Assembly (NCBI GenBank): GCA_023150835.1
Contig: JAKLKB010000001.1
Coordinates: 1 to 64,000 of the forward strand
Reading direction: 5' to 3'
Length of the DNA stretch: 64,000 bases
Origin: Myxococcota bacterium
Lineage (GTDB): Bacteria > Myxococcota_C > UBA6777
The notes under the pieces are model-generated. The model saw only the letters and a list, made by a program, of their open reading frames with translations. It searched no databases and was not told where the DNA came from. The stretch's first letter is position 1. Each line of letters begins with the position of its first letter. The position numbers were made by a program, and so were the translations under genes. This document shows, in pieces, positions 1 through 9,548 of the stretch.

Positions 1-190
1 TTGAAAAAGAAGGCGATGTACAAAGTGATCGACGGCTTTTTTTGAAAAAGAAGGCGATGTACAAAGTGATCGACGGCTTTTTTTGAAAAAGAAGGCGATG
101 TACAAAGTGATCGACGGCTTTTTTTGGAAAAAAAGGCGATGTACAAAGTGATCGACGGCTTTTTTTGAAAAAGAAGGCGATGTACAAAGT
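1..190. repeat. 41-bp tandem repeat, ~4.6 copies, probably continuing past the left edge
   Basis: Unit GAAAAAGAAGGCGATGTACAAAGTGATCGACGGC + T-run starts at 3, 44, 85, 126 and 167. No spacers between units. Confidence 0.95.
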
Positions 191-342
191 CTGCTAAGGG
201 GCGTGGGCCTTGTGTTCTCTTGTGCGGGTGGGGATACTCAAGGGCGCTGCAGCGTTTTGGATGAGGCGAACGGAATCGCCGCAAAAGCGTGCTGCGTGCG
301 TTGTTTTCACGACCAAGCCACGGCAAGGACGGGCGGAGATCC

Positions 343-2487
343 ATGAGCGACAAGAAAAAGTCACCTTCCGAACAACCGTTGGGAAATGCACAAGAAGGCT
401 CGTCGAGGGCGGATTCTTCTTTTCAATTCGATCCCTCCTTTTGGGAAGAAGAGGCTCCTGCGGCGGAGACATCTCGATCATCGCAGAAAACGCCCACTGC
501 TGGACCTTCTTCGCAAGGGATCCTGCCTGCGGATTTAGAACATCAAGGGATGGGGCCATCTCAACAAAAGCCCGAAGCCGGGCTCAAAAACTTGCTTCAC
601 TCTTACCTGCACGAAGTGGTCGAACAAAAAGAAGCGGGGATGTCTTCGGAGCAGCGGGAGATTATGAAGGTGTTGGAAAAACGCCAACCCATCACTTCTT
701 CGGATTCGACACGAAGGCACAAGATCCAGTCCATGCTGACCATCCAACCGAGCGAGGAAGGCGATCCGCGCAAACAGCCCTTGCAGATCCTTCGGAAGAA
801 TCCGTTGTTGTGGATCATCCCGACGTTGGTGATGGTTTCCGTGTTGTTGGTGTGGGCTTTGCGCAAACCCTCTGTTGAGCAGCTTTTGCAATCACGCCGT
901 TTCACGGAGGCGATGCCGCTGTTGGAGAAAGAGGGCCGTTGGAAGGCGATGGCCGATATCTACCGACGCGAAGGAAATAGCCGCAAAGCCTTGGAAGTGT
1001 ATGTGAAATTCAATGCGTGGCTTGAGGCCGCAGAGCTGTTGCTTGAACAAAAACAATACAAAAATGCCGCCGCCTTTTTTGCGAAAGCGCGGGAATGGGA
1101 CCGTGCTGCTCGTGCCTACGAACAAGCCAAGATGTACCGAGAAGCGGCGCAAGCCTTCCTCAAGATCCAAATGAAGGAAGATGCCGCCCGTTTGTTTCTG
1201 CAAGTCGGGGCCGAACGCGAAGTGGTTCCGTTGCTGTTGGATCTTGGACGCAAGAAAAAAGCCGCCGAGCTTTACGAAAATTGGGGCGATTGGAAGGCGG
1301 CAGCAGCCCTCTATCGCCAACTCAAGATGTGGGACAAGGCCGCAGAAACCGCTGAAAAAGCAAAAGATTACTTGACCGCTGCTCAACTGGCTCTGGAGCG
1401 CAAAGATTACCCAAAAGCCGCAAGTCTTTTTGCAAAAGCTGTGATCGCTCGCTGTGTGGGCGTTGCACAAAGTGCAGCACGACAGCACGAACAAGCTGCG
1501 ACCGTCTTTTTGTTGATGGCAGAACAGGACCGTAGCTACGCGATGTTGTTGCGTGCGGCTGCGGAAACCGAGCGTTTTGGGGGGATTCGCAAAGGTCAGT
1601 CCATCCTCAAAAAAGCGTTGGCCTTGGCTGAAAAATTTGAAGATGCTGCGGCATTGATACGCATTCATGGCATGATGGGTGGCGAGTCCCGCAGTTTGCG
1701 CAAACTCCAATCGTGGATCCGCGAAGCCCAAAAGGCGGGGGATTGGAGCCGCGCCTTGGAGATGGTGCAACAATCCTTGCGCATCGCCGATATCCCGATG
1801 CTTACACGCCTTGCTCTACAACGACAAGAACAATCCATCTTGCAAAAGCGTGAACAATCCCTCTCTCTCAAGGCCGTACGTACACGCTTTACACCGCTAC
1901 TCCTTCCGAAGAGTCCATCTCCTCAACACACCGCTCCTGCGGTCGCCTCGCCTACTGCGGCCAAACCCACCCCCGCCGCGCCTGCTGCAGCCAAACCCAC
2001 CCCCGCCGCGCCTACTGCGGCCAAACCCACCCCCGCCTCGCCCACTGCCGCCGAACCCGCACCCGCCCGAAAAACACGCCCCGCACAACCTTCTCAAAAA
2101 GCCTTCTTGGACGACGACTCTTCCACAAACGAACCCGCCGCCGACAAACCTCTTCCCATGCTCTACAAATTGCAGCTTGCGTTGGAAATCTACCGACCCT
2201 CGGGCGTTTCTGCCCCCAAAGAAGTGCAGCTTCAATGCACCTTGTTTCGCAAAGATATCAAAGCTCTGTTTCAGGCCGAAGGCGATGATCCCGAAGGTGT
2301 AGACTTTTGCGAACAGTATCGAGGAGATGTCCACCTCCTTCAAGCATTTGAGCGCGCTCCTGTCGGCTACACCCTCACCCAACGACTCGCGATCTCAAGC
2401 TTCCAAGGCGACCAACCGCTCGTCCTTTCGTTCCCTGTCCCCGCTCCCTACCACAGCGTCCGATGTGCTCTCTTGCCCGTCCCCTGA
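343..2487 (+). CDS. Membrane-anchored TPR/alpha-solenoid repeat protein with Pro/Ala-rich linker
   Basis: ORF 289-2487, likely ATG at 343. One TM segment (LLWIIPTLVMVSVLLVWAL), repeated W..AA..Y helical motifs, and AAKPTPAAPT repeats near 1950-2060. Confidence 0.75.
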   Translation: MSDKKKSPSEQPLGNAQEGSSRADSSFQFDPSFWEEEAPAAETSRSSQKTPTAGPSSQGILPADLEHQGMGPSQQKPEAGLKNLLHSYLHEVVEQKEAGMSSEQREIMKVLEKRQPITSSDSTRRHKIQSMLTIQPSEEGDPRKQPLQILRKNPLLWIIPTLVMVSVLLVWALRKPSVEQLLQSRRFTEAMPLLEKEGRWKAMADIYRREGNSRKALEVYVKFNAWLEAAELLLEQKQYKNAAAFFAKAREWDRAARAYEQAKMYREAAQAFLKIQMKEDAARLFLQVGAEREVVPLLLDLGRKKKAAELYENWGDWKAAAALYRQLKMWDKAAETAEKAKDYLTAAQLALERKDYPKAASLFAKAVIARCVGVAQSAARQHEQAATVFLLMAEQDRSYAMLLRAAAETERFGGIRKGQSILKKALALAEKFEDAAALIRIHGMMGGESRSLRKLQSWIREAQKAGDWSRALEMVQQSLRIADIPMLTRLALQRQEQSILQKREQSLSLKAVRTRFTPLLLPKSPSPQHTAPAVASPTAAKPTPAAPAAAKPTPAAPTAAKPTPASPTAAEPAPARKTRPAQPSQKAFLDDDSSTNEPAADKPLPMLYKLQLALEIYRPSGVSAPKEVQLQCTLFRKDIKALFQAEGDDPEGVDFCEQYRGDVHLLQAFERAPVGYTLTQRLAISSFQGDQPLVLSFPVPAPYHSVRCALLPVP

Positions 2488-2610
2488 TCTCTTGCTGCTC
2501 TCTTGTTGCTGGAGCTTTTCCTCGCTTGGTTTGATGGGGCGAGGTACCAAACCCCGCAAGGGACCGTTGGCCTCGGGCTTTGCGTGCAGGTTTGTTGTCG
2601 GGGATCCCGC

Positions 2611-2724
2611 GTACCAAACCCCGCAAGGGACCGTTGGCCCCTTGACCCCGTATTGGCGGGGTGAATAGGGATTTTTCAAACCAACATCTGTGCCGCTCGA
2701 AATAGCGCGAACACGGGGGGGTTT
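2611..2724 (-). repeat. Dispersed palindromic repeat family B copy (~125 bp), with a 29-bp local duplication at 2544-2572
   Basis: Contains CCCCTTGACCCCGT...GCGAACACGGGG, the reverse complement of the copies at 24.9, 32.8 and 35.1 kb. GTACCAAACCCCGCAAGGGACCGTTGGCC occurs at 2544 and 2611. Confidence 0.8.
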
Positions 2725-2842
2725 CTTTTCTTGTGGGCAGCGCTCTTGTCGCTGCCGAATCTCCGAAAATACGGGGTTTTTTCTCGATGCGTCTTTCCTG
2801 AGCTCTTGCCCCCCTCTCTTGATCTCTGCACCTGTGTTCGGA

Positions 2843-3496
2843 TCATCCGAACATTGCGTTTGTTTCGTCATCTGACGAGCGTTTGCTCAAATAACGCGTC
2901 ATCATCTCGCTGACTTCTCGCACCAACTGGCCGTGATCGACTTCGCCCTCTTTGTCCATCCCCATCTGTTCGATGATCCCGTGCATCCCGTACACGATCA
3001 CATACGCCGCGATCTCGGGAGCGGGTGGGCGGATCTCTTGGTGGCGTCTGCGCAACTCTGCGCTGACCAAGCCATGCAGCCGCTCTAACCAACCCCGCAA
3101 CTTCCCAAACTGCGCTGTCCTCGGCAATTGCTCCGAAAGCAACCGATTTAATTCAGGCTCCAATTGGCGGATCTCCAAAAGCGCCACCACGATCTCTCGT
3201 GCGACTTCTTCGACCGGAAGTTCCACCATCTCCGCAAACTTTTCCTTCACGATCGCATACTGCCGATCTGCCAACCGCTCCACAAGCGCAAAGACCAACG
3301 CTTCTTTGTTCGGATAATACTGGTACAACGAACCAATGCTCACTCCCGCACGACGAGCGATCTGGTTTGTGTTCAATTGCTCGTATCCCTCCTCGTCGAG
3401 CAACTGAGCCGTCGCCGTCAACAAAGCCTCGACGGTTTCTTGGGCGCGCCGCTGTCTCGGTTTTTTGCGGGGAACCATCTCTTGTTCGTCTGACAC
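2843..3496 (-). CDS. TetR/AcrR family transcriptional regulator
   Basis: PRKKPRQRRAQETVEALL...TNQIARRAGVSIGSLYQYYPNKEAL HTH signature. Confidence 0.95.
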   Translation of the reverse strand: MSDEQEMVPRKKPRQRRAQETVEALLTATAQLLDEEGYEQLNTNQIARRAGVSIGSLYQYYPNKEALVFALVERLADRQYAIVKEKFAEMVELPVEEVAREIVVALLEIRQLEPELNRLLSEQLPRTAQFGKLRGWLERLHGLVSAELRRRHQEIRPPAPEIAAYVIVYGMHGIIEQMGMDKEGEVDHGQLVREVSEMMTRYLSKRSSDDETNAMFG

Positions 3497-3724
3497 GTCG
3501 CTTTCCCTTCTGCTCCTTGCTTTTTGCTTGCCTCGTTTCCCTCTTCCGCTCGCGTCCTTGCTTTGCGGCTGTTTGCCATACCAAATAACGAGAAGCCGCC
3601 CGATATTCTAGCCGCTCTCTTTCCTCTGTCTAGCCCGAATCTACAAACCTTTTCTTCCCCTCTTTCCCTTTTTTTGAAAAAAAACAAAAGTTCTAAAATA
3701 CTCGCCAAGGCAACAGGTTAAGCA

Positions 3725-3740
3725 TTAGAACATGTTCTAA
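3725..3740. promoter_or_regulatory. Perfect 16-bp palindrome TTAGAACATGTTCTAA, candidate operator in a divergent promoter region
   Basis: Seen directly, between the divergent TetR and PG-binding peptidase genes. A half site GTTCTAAAAT lies near 3690. Confidence 0.5.
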
Positions 3741-3894
3741 AATGCCTTTTCTTTTCCGCGTGTTAGGAAACACTTTTGCGCGATCCTTCGATATCTATCG
3801 GCGATGTGAGAGCGAACCCAAACTTTGTGTTGTGTACCTGCTTCGTTTGAGAACGCACCCTTGAGCCTTCCAAACAAATCCCAAGGAGCTTTGG

Positions 3895-5844
3895 ATGTCT
3901 ACGACGATCAAAAAAAACCCGCCTGCGATTCAACCTCCACCAAACAATACGGCCCCTGATGCGCGGTTAAAAAAAGAATCGAAAAGCACTGATACTGCGT
4001 CGACTTCTGCTTTGATAACTGCGCCTGCATCAGCATCTTCCGATGCGGCACCCGTCACGCGCCCTTCGTTGAGCGGAGAATTTTCGACAGCAGAAGGGCA
4101 AAACCAAGCGGTGCGTTCTTCTCTGCTTGGCGATACAGCCCCAGCGCCCAACACCACACAAAGCGTTCGCCGCGATGTATCGGGAGGTTTGGAGGGTGCG
4201 ACCCTGTCCCCGTCGGGTGCTTCGCCGCGCACGCGAAGCGTGAGTCTTGCTTCGGCGGCTCCTTTGGCAACGGCGGCTTCTGCACCGCCTTCGGGTGATC
4301 CTGTGATCGACGCATATCGCCAAGCCTTGGGGCGCGAGCCGGATGCCGCAGGCAAGCAGTACTGGGATCAACAAGTTGGACAGCAACGCGCTCAAGGCAA
4401 AAGTGACGCAGAGATCGGGGCCTTTTTGGATCAGCGTTTTCGCCAAAGCCCGGAGTTTCAGACCCGCGAAGTGGCAAAGCAGGTGTATCGTGATGTCTTG
4501 GGGCGTGAAGGAGATGCGGACGGACTGCGTTATTGGACAGAAAAAGCAATGGAAGTCCGCAATGCAGCGAGCACCGCGCCTGCCCAGCCCACCGACCCCA
4601 CCGATCCAAATGCCGCAGTTCGCACGTTTTTGACCGAGAAATTCAAACAAAGCCCCGAATACCAACAACGCACCACAGGTTCCACGCAACCGACACAACC
4701 GACACAACCGACACAACCGACACAACCGACACAACCGACACAACCGACACAACCGACACAACCGACACAACCGACGCAGCCGACGCAACCGACACGGCCT
4801 CCCGAAGGAACGCAGTTTGCGACGGTCCACGCACCAAGCATGAAAGAAGTGTCCGAGGGCAAGGTCTTGGAAAAAGGCCAAGGCGGCCCAGCGGTCAAAG
4901 AGATGCAAGATCGGTTGACGCAGTTGGGGTTTGGCGTGCAACAGACGGGCGACTTTGGCCCTACGACCGAAGGGGTGGTCAAAGATTTTCAAAAGGCCCA
5001 TAACATCCAACAGACGGGCAAGTTCGGACCGACAACGCTCGCTGCTTTGGAAAAAGCGGAGATGGCACAAAGACCGGACTTTTCGGCACTCAAAAACAAA
5101 GTCGGTCGGGGTGATGTGTTGGGAGAAGGCAGCAAAGGCGCAGCAGTGGTCGATCTGCAACGCTTGTTGTCACAGCGCGGTTTTCCGACCGATGCAGACG
5201 GTTCGTTTGGCCCCAATACAGCGGCTTCGGTGAAGAAATTTCAAGCCGCCAACAACATCGTTCAAAACGGCCAAGTCGGACCCACAACACTCAAAGCCTT
5301 GCAAAGCACACAAGGCGGCGGTCAAGTCTTGCCGGGTGGCGTCCTCAATGTCCCCTTCTATCCGCAAACAGACAACTACACGATGCCTGATCGCACTTGC
5401 AACAGCAGCGCTTGTGCGATGGCGGCCAAGTATCTCGGTGCGAATATCTCGGGCGACGATCAGTACCTTCGCCGCGTTCTCCAATACGGCGATACCACCG
5501 ACCACAGCGCACAAACCTCCGCTCTCAACGATTACGGCATCAAGTCGAGCTTCCACTACAATCTCGACTTCAAGGATCTTGACAATGCCTTGGCGCAAGG
5601 AAAGCCCGTGGTGATCGGCATCAACCATCGCGGACCCCTTCATGCGCCGACAGGAGGCCACATGATCACCGTGATCGGAAAACAGGGCAATGATTACATC
5701 GTCCATGATCCGTATGGCAGCCTTCACGACGGATACACCGGCGCGGTCGAAAATGGCAAAGCCGCTCGTTATAGTCGGGCTGAACTCGAAGCCCGTTGGA
5801 CGGTCGATGGACCCGGAACAGGGTGGGGCCGCATCTTCCAATAG
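3895..5844 (+). CDS. Multi-domain putative cell-wall hydrolase: DUF4214-like repeats, two peptidoglycan-binding domains, C-terminal C39-like cysteine peptidase
   Basis: YRQALGREPDAAGKQYW-type repeats, G.FGP.T...VK.FQ PG-binding motifs, and putative Cys/His/Asp residues (RTCNSSACAM, GGHMITV, HDPYG). RBS AAGGAG upstream. Confidence 0.85.
   Translation: MSTTIKKNPPAIQPPPNNTAPDARLKKESKSTDTASTSALITAPASASSDAAPVTRPSLSGEFSTAEGQNQAVRSSLLGDTAPAPNTTQSVRRDVSGGLEGATLSPSGASPRTRSVSLASAAPLATAASAPPSGDPVIDAYRQALGREPDAAGKQYWDQQVGQQRAQGKSDAEIGAFLDQRFRQSPEFQTREVAKQVYRDVLGREGDADGLRYWTEKAMEVRNAASTAPAQPTDPTDPNAAVRTFLTEKFKQSPEYQQRTTGSTQPTQPTQPTQPTQPTQPTQPTQPTQPTQPTQPTQPTRPPEGTQFATVHAPSMKEVSEGKVLEKGQGGPAVKEMQDRLTQLGFGVQQTGDFGPTTEGVVKDFQKAHNIQQTGKFGPTTLAALEKAEMAQRPDFSALKNKVGRGDVLGEGSKGAAVVDLQRLLSQRGFPTDADGSFGPNTAASVKKFQAANNIVQNGQVGPTTLKALQSTQGGGQVLPGGVLNVPFYPQTDNYTMPDRTCNSSACAMAAKYLGANISGDDQYLRRVLQYGDTTDHSAQTSALNDYGIKSSFHYNLDFKDLDNALAQGKPVVIGINHRGPLHAPTGGHMITVIGKQGNDYIVHDPYGSLHDGYTGAVENGKAARYSRAELEARWTVDGPGTGWGRIFQ
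4684..4791 (+). repeat. 9-bp tandem repeat x12 encoding a (TQP)n linker
   Basis: ACACAACCG units in frame. Confidence 0.95.
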
Positions 5845-5864
5845 ACTCGACGCTTTTGAGCTTG

Positions 5865-5977
5865 TACGATATCCGAGAGATGTGTGATCGTAGGGGCGTG
5901 CGTATTCGCCCTGCTATCGGGCAGCCACAGGGGGCTGCCCCTACATTTTTACGATAACACAAGGGGCGGATTTCGTA
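5865..5977. repeat. Dispersed palindromic repeat family A copy (~113 bp, REP/MITE-like)
   Basis: TACGATATCCG...GTGTGATCGTAG...GGGCAGCCACAGGGGGCTGCCCCTAC...CGGATTTCGTA, between convergent genes. Confidence 0.9.
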
Positions 5978-5995
5978 TCAATCGCATAAGTCCTG

Positions 5996-7057
5996 CTAGA
6001 CCCGCAAGAAGAAATCTTCACACATACCAAACCAGCGTTCGACGGTGTGCTTGTTGTCGTCGTTGTCGAGGATGAAGCCGTTGAAAGCGCCGTAAGGACC
6101 GCGATAACGGCTTTGGATCACGATGGCGTTGAGGTCGACTTTGCGGATGACTTCGGGTTGGAAGGTGAGATCGACTCTTCCGTAGGTGTCGCGGATCGAC
6201 CAATGACCGAGTCCATCAGCAGAAGTATAAGAAAATTGAACGGGGGGGAGCAGATGGAGCTTTCCGTCCACCCAGAGGCAATTTTCGTTGTAGGCGTGTT
6301 GGTCTTGGACTTGGTTGTTGGTGAGGTTAAAGCCGAGCAGTGTGCCATCTTGGCGATAGCCGCCGCCTGTGGCCCACTGCCATGTCATGGTGTGGGGATA
6401 GTAGCCTTTGTGGATGTCGATCAGACCGTAGGAGCGGTCTTTGGGGAAGTCGATCTGTTGCTCGCCGAGGCGCAGGGTGCCTTGGGTGGGAGTGATGCAC
6501 TTGTGCGAATAAAGCGCACGTCCTTGATCAAAAGGCAAGCAGACGACGATGGGTTCGGTGTGTTCGAGCGGTTCAAAGCAAGTGAACTGCCCCGATACAG
6601 CGGGAAGTGTGCGTGTTGCGGCGACAGCGAAGGTGATGTGGTGTGTGCCTTGGGCGAGGTGGTTGTGGAGGGTGATGCGAAAGTCCTTGGTATCGAGAGC
6701 AAAGCGCGCATCAAAGAGGGCGTTTGGAAGGGGTTGAAGCTGGCCGGGCAGGAGTTTCTTTTCGTGGAAGATGGTTTTGCCGAGAGTGCGGTCATAAACG
6801 CAGACTTGTGCGAGAGCAAGCAGTTTGGCATCGAACACAGCGAGGCTGACGTACACGCGCTCGTTGGCAAAAGCGAAGTGCTGCCATTCTTTGAGTCGAA
6901 GACGTTTAAGAGAGCGAGGCCAAAGGGAAAAGTGGACCTCGGCATCGAGGGGGTTGATCTCGACGAAGGGGGCTTTGTATGTGCCGAGCTGAAAGCGCCC
7001 ATTTTGCACAAGGGATCGAGGTGTCGGCAAAAGAGGGCGTGGTGAGTAATCGGGCAT
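5996..7057 (-). CDS. DUF2804 family protein
   Basis: RLKEWQHF, YSHK, W.WATGGG, GFNL, NENCLWVDG and GMCEDF motifs match my recollection of DUF2804. Confidence 0.8.
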   Translation of the reverse strand: MPDYSPRPLLPTPRSLVQNGRFQLGTYKAPFVEINPLDAEVHFSLWPRSLKRLRLKEWQHFAFANERVYVSLAVFDAKLLALAQVCVYDRTLGKTIFHEKKLLPGQLQPLPNALFDARFALDTKDFRITLHNHLAQGTHHITFAVAATRTLPAVSGQFTCFEPLEHTEPIVVCLPFDQGRALYSHKCITPTQGTLRLGEQQIDFPKDRSYGLIDIHKGYYPHTMTWQWATGGGYRQDGTLLGFNLTNNQVQDQHAYNENCLWVDGKLHLLPPVQFSYTSADGLGHWSIRDTYGRVDLTFQPEVIRKVDLNAIVIQSRYRGPYGAFNGFILDNDDNKHTVERWFGMCEDFFLRV

Positions 7058-7118
7058 GAGTGCGGCTCCTATCGCTGTATCAGCGCTGTTTTTGAATTGA
7101 ACCGTTGCGGCTTTATCT

Positions 7119-7340
7119 ACAAGGCGGTGCTATCGCGGTGTCATACGATATCCGAGTGATATGTGATCGAAGGAGATTGCGTAGATGCCCGATTATTGGG
7201 CAACAAGGCGGTGCTATCGCGGTGTCATACGATATCCGAGTGATATGTGATCGAAGGAGATTGCGTAGATGCCCGATTATTGGGCAGCCACAGGGGGCTG
7301 CCCCTACTTCTTTACGATCATACAACGGGCGGATCTCGTA
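7119..7340. repeat. Family A repeat (7228-7340) with an 84-bp tandem duplication of its left half plus flank (7119-7202 and 7203-7286)
   Basis: Identical 84-bp units seen directly. Family A core GGGCAGCCACAGGGGGCTGCCCCTAC present. Confidence 0.9.
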
Positions 7341-7431
7341 AGTCAGTATCGCTTGATTTTTGTAACTTTGGTGCTTGAGCAGCAAGGTTCTTCGGGAGCA
7401 AAAGTTGAAGAAACTTAGTGATACTTAATTA

Positions 7432-9132
7432 TCAGCGGTTTTTTTTGAATTGTTTGGCTTCCATGGAAAGCGGATATTGCCGTTGAAGGATGCGTCGGAT
7501 GCGCTTGGCTTCGTCTGCGAGTCCTTGTTCTTGATAGGCTTCATAAGCGTTAAAGTAAGCGCGTGGTGTGATCATGTGCATGGGGTTGAGGTGAGCGAGG
7601 CGTTCAAAAGAGCGACCTGCTTCAAGGAATTTTCTTTCTTTTTTGAGAAGAGAGGCGTAGCGATACCACGCCATCAGGGCAAGGCGATCGTCGGGGGACT
7701 CGGTGTAGATGCGTTTGTAGAGAGCGCGTGCGTTGGGGAGGGCGTTGCGGGATTCGAGAGCAAGGGCGGCTTGGTAAAGTGCGTTATTGGCTTCGGGGTG
7801 TCCGGCGGTGAGTTTGTGGACGTTGAGGAATTGTTCGACGGCTTGAAAGGTTTGACCGCGTTGGAGCAGGGCTTGGGCGGTGCGCATCCCGTGGATCAAG
7901 ACAAGTGTTTTGACACGTTGCCAGAAGAGTTCTTTGGCTTGGGCGGGGGTGGGGGTGGGGATGGCTGCGAGCAAGGGCGCCCAGTTGTCGGTTTGTCCGA
8001 AGATCTGGAGTGCTTGCATCTGTGCGAGTTGGGTTTCGGGGGTGTTTGGGAGGGTTTGGATCACCAGCAACAAAGTGCGAAGGCTTTGTCCGAGGGCTTG
8101 TTTGCGTTGAAGGATGTCGGCTTGTTGGATCAGTGCGCGGGCGGTGGCTTGGGGGTTTTGCTGGAGCAGCGGAGCGGCAGAAGCAAGGATGGCCGAGAAG
8201 GGTTGTTTTTGGAAGTTGGGGTCGCGCCATCGGGCGTGTTGGGGATCTTGGCGATGGCGTTGCCAGAGGCGCATCTCGCAGCGCAAGAGATTGAGGCGTG
8301 CATGATAGAGGATCTCTGCGGTCGATGCGGGGGGTTGGGGGGAGAGCGGCGGAGGGATGTTGGGGGTGGGATCGGGCGGGGGGGAGATCGCACGACGCAA
8401 CCAAGGCAGGGCCGGCAGGCAGCCTTCTCGGACAGCCAGCGATTCTCCGCGTCGCAAGGCCGCTTCTTGGCGGTGCGGTCCGCGTGAGAAATGGTCGAGG
8501 TACAGGCCAAAACAGCGAACGACCGCCGCAAAGGCCATCGGATCTCCTTGAAGGCTGGCCTTTTGGTGGGCTTGGCGGCCGCAAAGCACCAAGACCCCTT
8601 CGATGGCGCGTTCGCTGCTTTCCCAGACAGCGGGTTGGTTGCGAAACTGTTGAAACCATGTGTCCTCTTTGTCGAGGAAGTTGACGAGGGCCGCCGTTTC
8701 AGAGAGCAGGGAGGTCCATGCTTCTTGGTGGATCAGCAGGCGGATGCGCTCTGCGCGGGCTTTTGCGGCGTCTGGATCGTTGAGGCGTTCCGCGACAATT
8801 TGATACAGGGCAAGGGCCTGTTTTTCGCGCTTTTGTTGCTCGGCTGTACGGGCTTGTTGGAGGGTGGCCGCTTGGCATCCCCACCAGACACTCCCCAAAA
8901 ACAGCCAAAGCAACGGATATAAGAGGAAGATCGAGCGTGTCGCCCCTTGGCGTCTTGAACTCCGAGAGGCCCGATTATAGGGGGATATGGATGTGTGGGC
9001 TTTGAGCGATACGGGGGGGGCGGTGTGAGTGGTGTGTGGTACGGAGGATAGGATGTGGGGGCTGAGTGGGTTGGGGTGTTTTGGCACGATGAAACTCGAT
9101 GGTGTGGGATGTTTGAGGATGATAAAGCCCAC
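7432..9132 (-). CDS. TPR-repeat (BamD/YbgF-like) putative lipoprotein; true start probably downstream of the ORF start
   Basis: Hydrophobic stretch ending in WWGC. TPR motifs such as EANNALYQAALAL and AWYRYASLL. Confidence 0.7.
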   Translation of the reverse strand: MGFIILKHPTPSSFIVPKHPNPLSPHILSSVPHTTHTAPPVSLKAHTSISPYNRASRSSRRQGATRSIFLLYPLLWLFLGSVWWGCQAATLQQARTAEQQKREKQALALYQIVAERLNDPDAAKARAERIRLLIHQEAWTSLLSETAALVNFLDKEDTWFQQFRNQPAVWESSERAIEGVLVLCGRQAHQKASLQGDPMAFAAVVRCFGLYLDHFSRGPHRQEAALRRGESLAVREGCLPALPWLRRAISPPPDPTPNIPPPLSPQPPASTAEILYHARLNLLRCEMRLWQRHRQDPQHARWRDPNFQKQPFSAILASAAPLLQQNPQATARALIQQADILQRKQALGQSLRTLLLVIQTLPNTPETQLAQMQALQIFGQTDNWAPLLAAIPTPTPAQAKELFWQRVKTLVLIHGMRTAQALLQRGQTFQAVEQFLNVHKLTAGHPEANNALYQAALALESRNALPNARALYKRIYTESPDDRLALMAWYRYASLLKKERKFLEAGRSFERLAHLNPMHMITPRAYFNAYEAYQEQGLADEAKRIRRILQRQYPLSMEAKQFKKNR

Positions 9133-9548
9133 AAGAAAGTCGTCTTGATGGGAGAGAGGGCAGGGGGGAGAGGGGTTGATCGAGCGCGAATCCTCTGCCT
9201 ATGTCGCGTTTTGTACCCCTGCGAAGGGGAGCCGTCAGGGTGTGTGGGGTACAGGCGAGCCTGTCCAAGATAGCGAACTCTGTTTGTGGGTGCAAGAATT
9301 CTTCAGATCGCTTACGGAGAGAAGGCGATGGGCTTATTTTCCTTGTTGCGTTCTATGAAATTCGTTGACATTTCCTAGGGTGGGTGTATGAAATGACCTG
9401 AAACGGGGGAGCGGGTGAAAGAACCGTGCGGAAGCATGGCAGTCAAGGAAAGTAAAACAGCGGATTGCTCGCTTGTTTGGTGGTATCGGTCATTCTATGG
9501 GTTGCTTGATGGAGCGGCTCGGCATGGGAGCGCGGCATGGGAGCGCGG

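Noticed and set aside
1-190. CRISPR array
   Set aside because: Units are contiguous with no unique spacers, and there are no cas genes in the window.
3725-3740. LexA/SOS box
   Set aside because: The GAAC-GTTC spacing is 2 nt rather than the 4 nt of the Gram-positive box, and the neighbours are not SOS genes. Kept only as a generic operator candidate.
9200-9540. SAM or other riboswitch upstream of the sulfite reductase
   Set aside because: Short hairpins are present (CCCCT..AGGGG and ACAGGC..GCCTGT), but I cannot recognise any riboswitch consensus.
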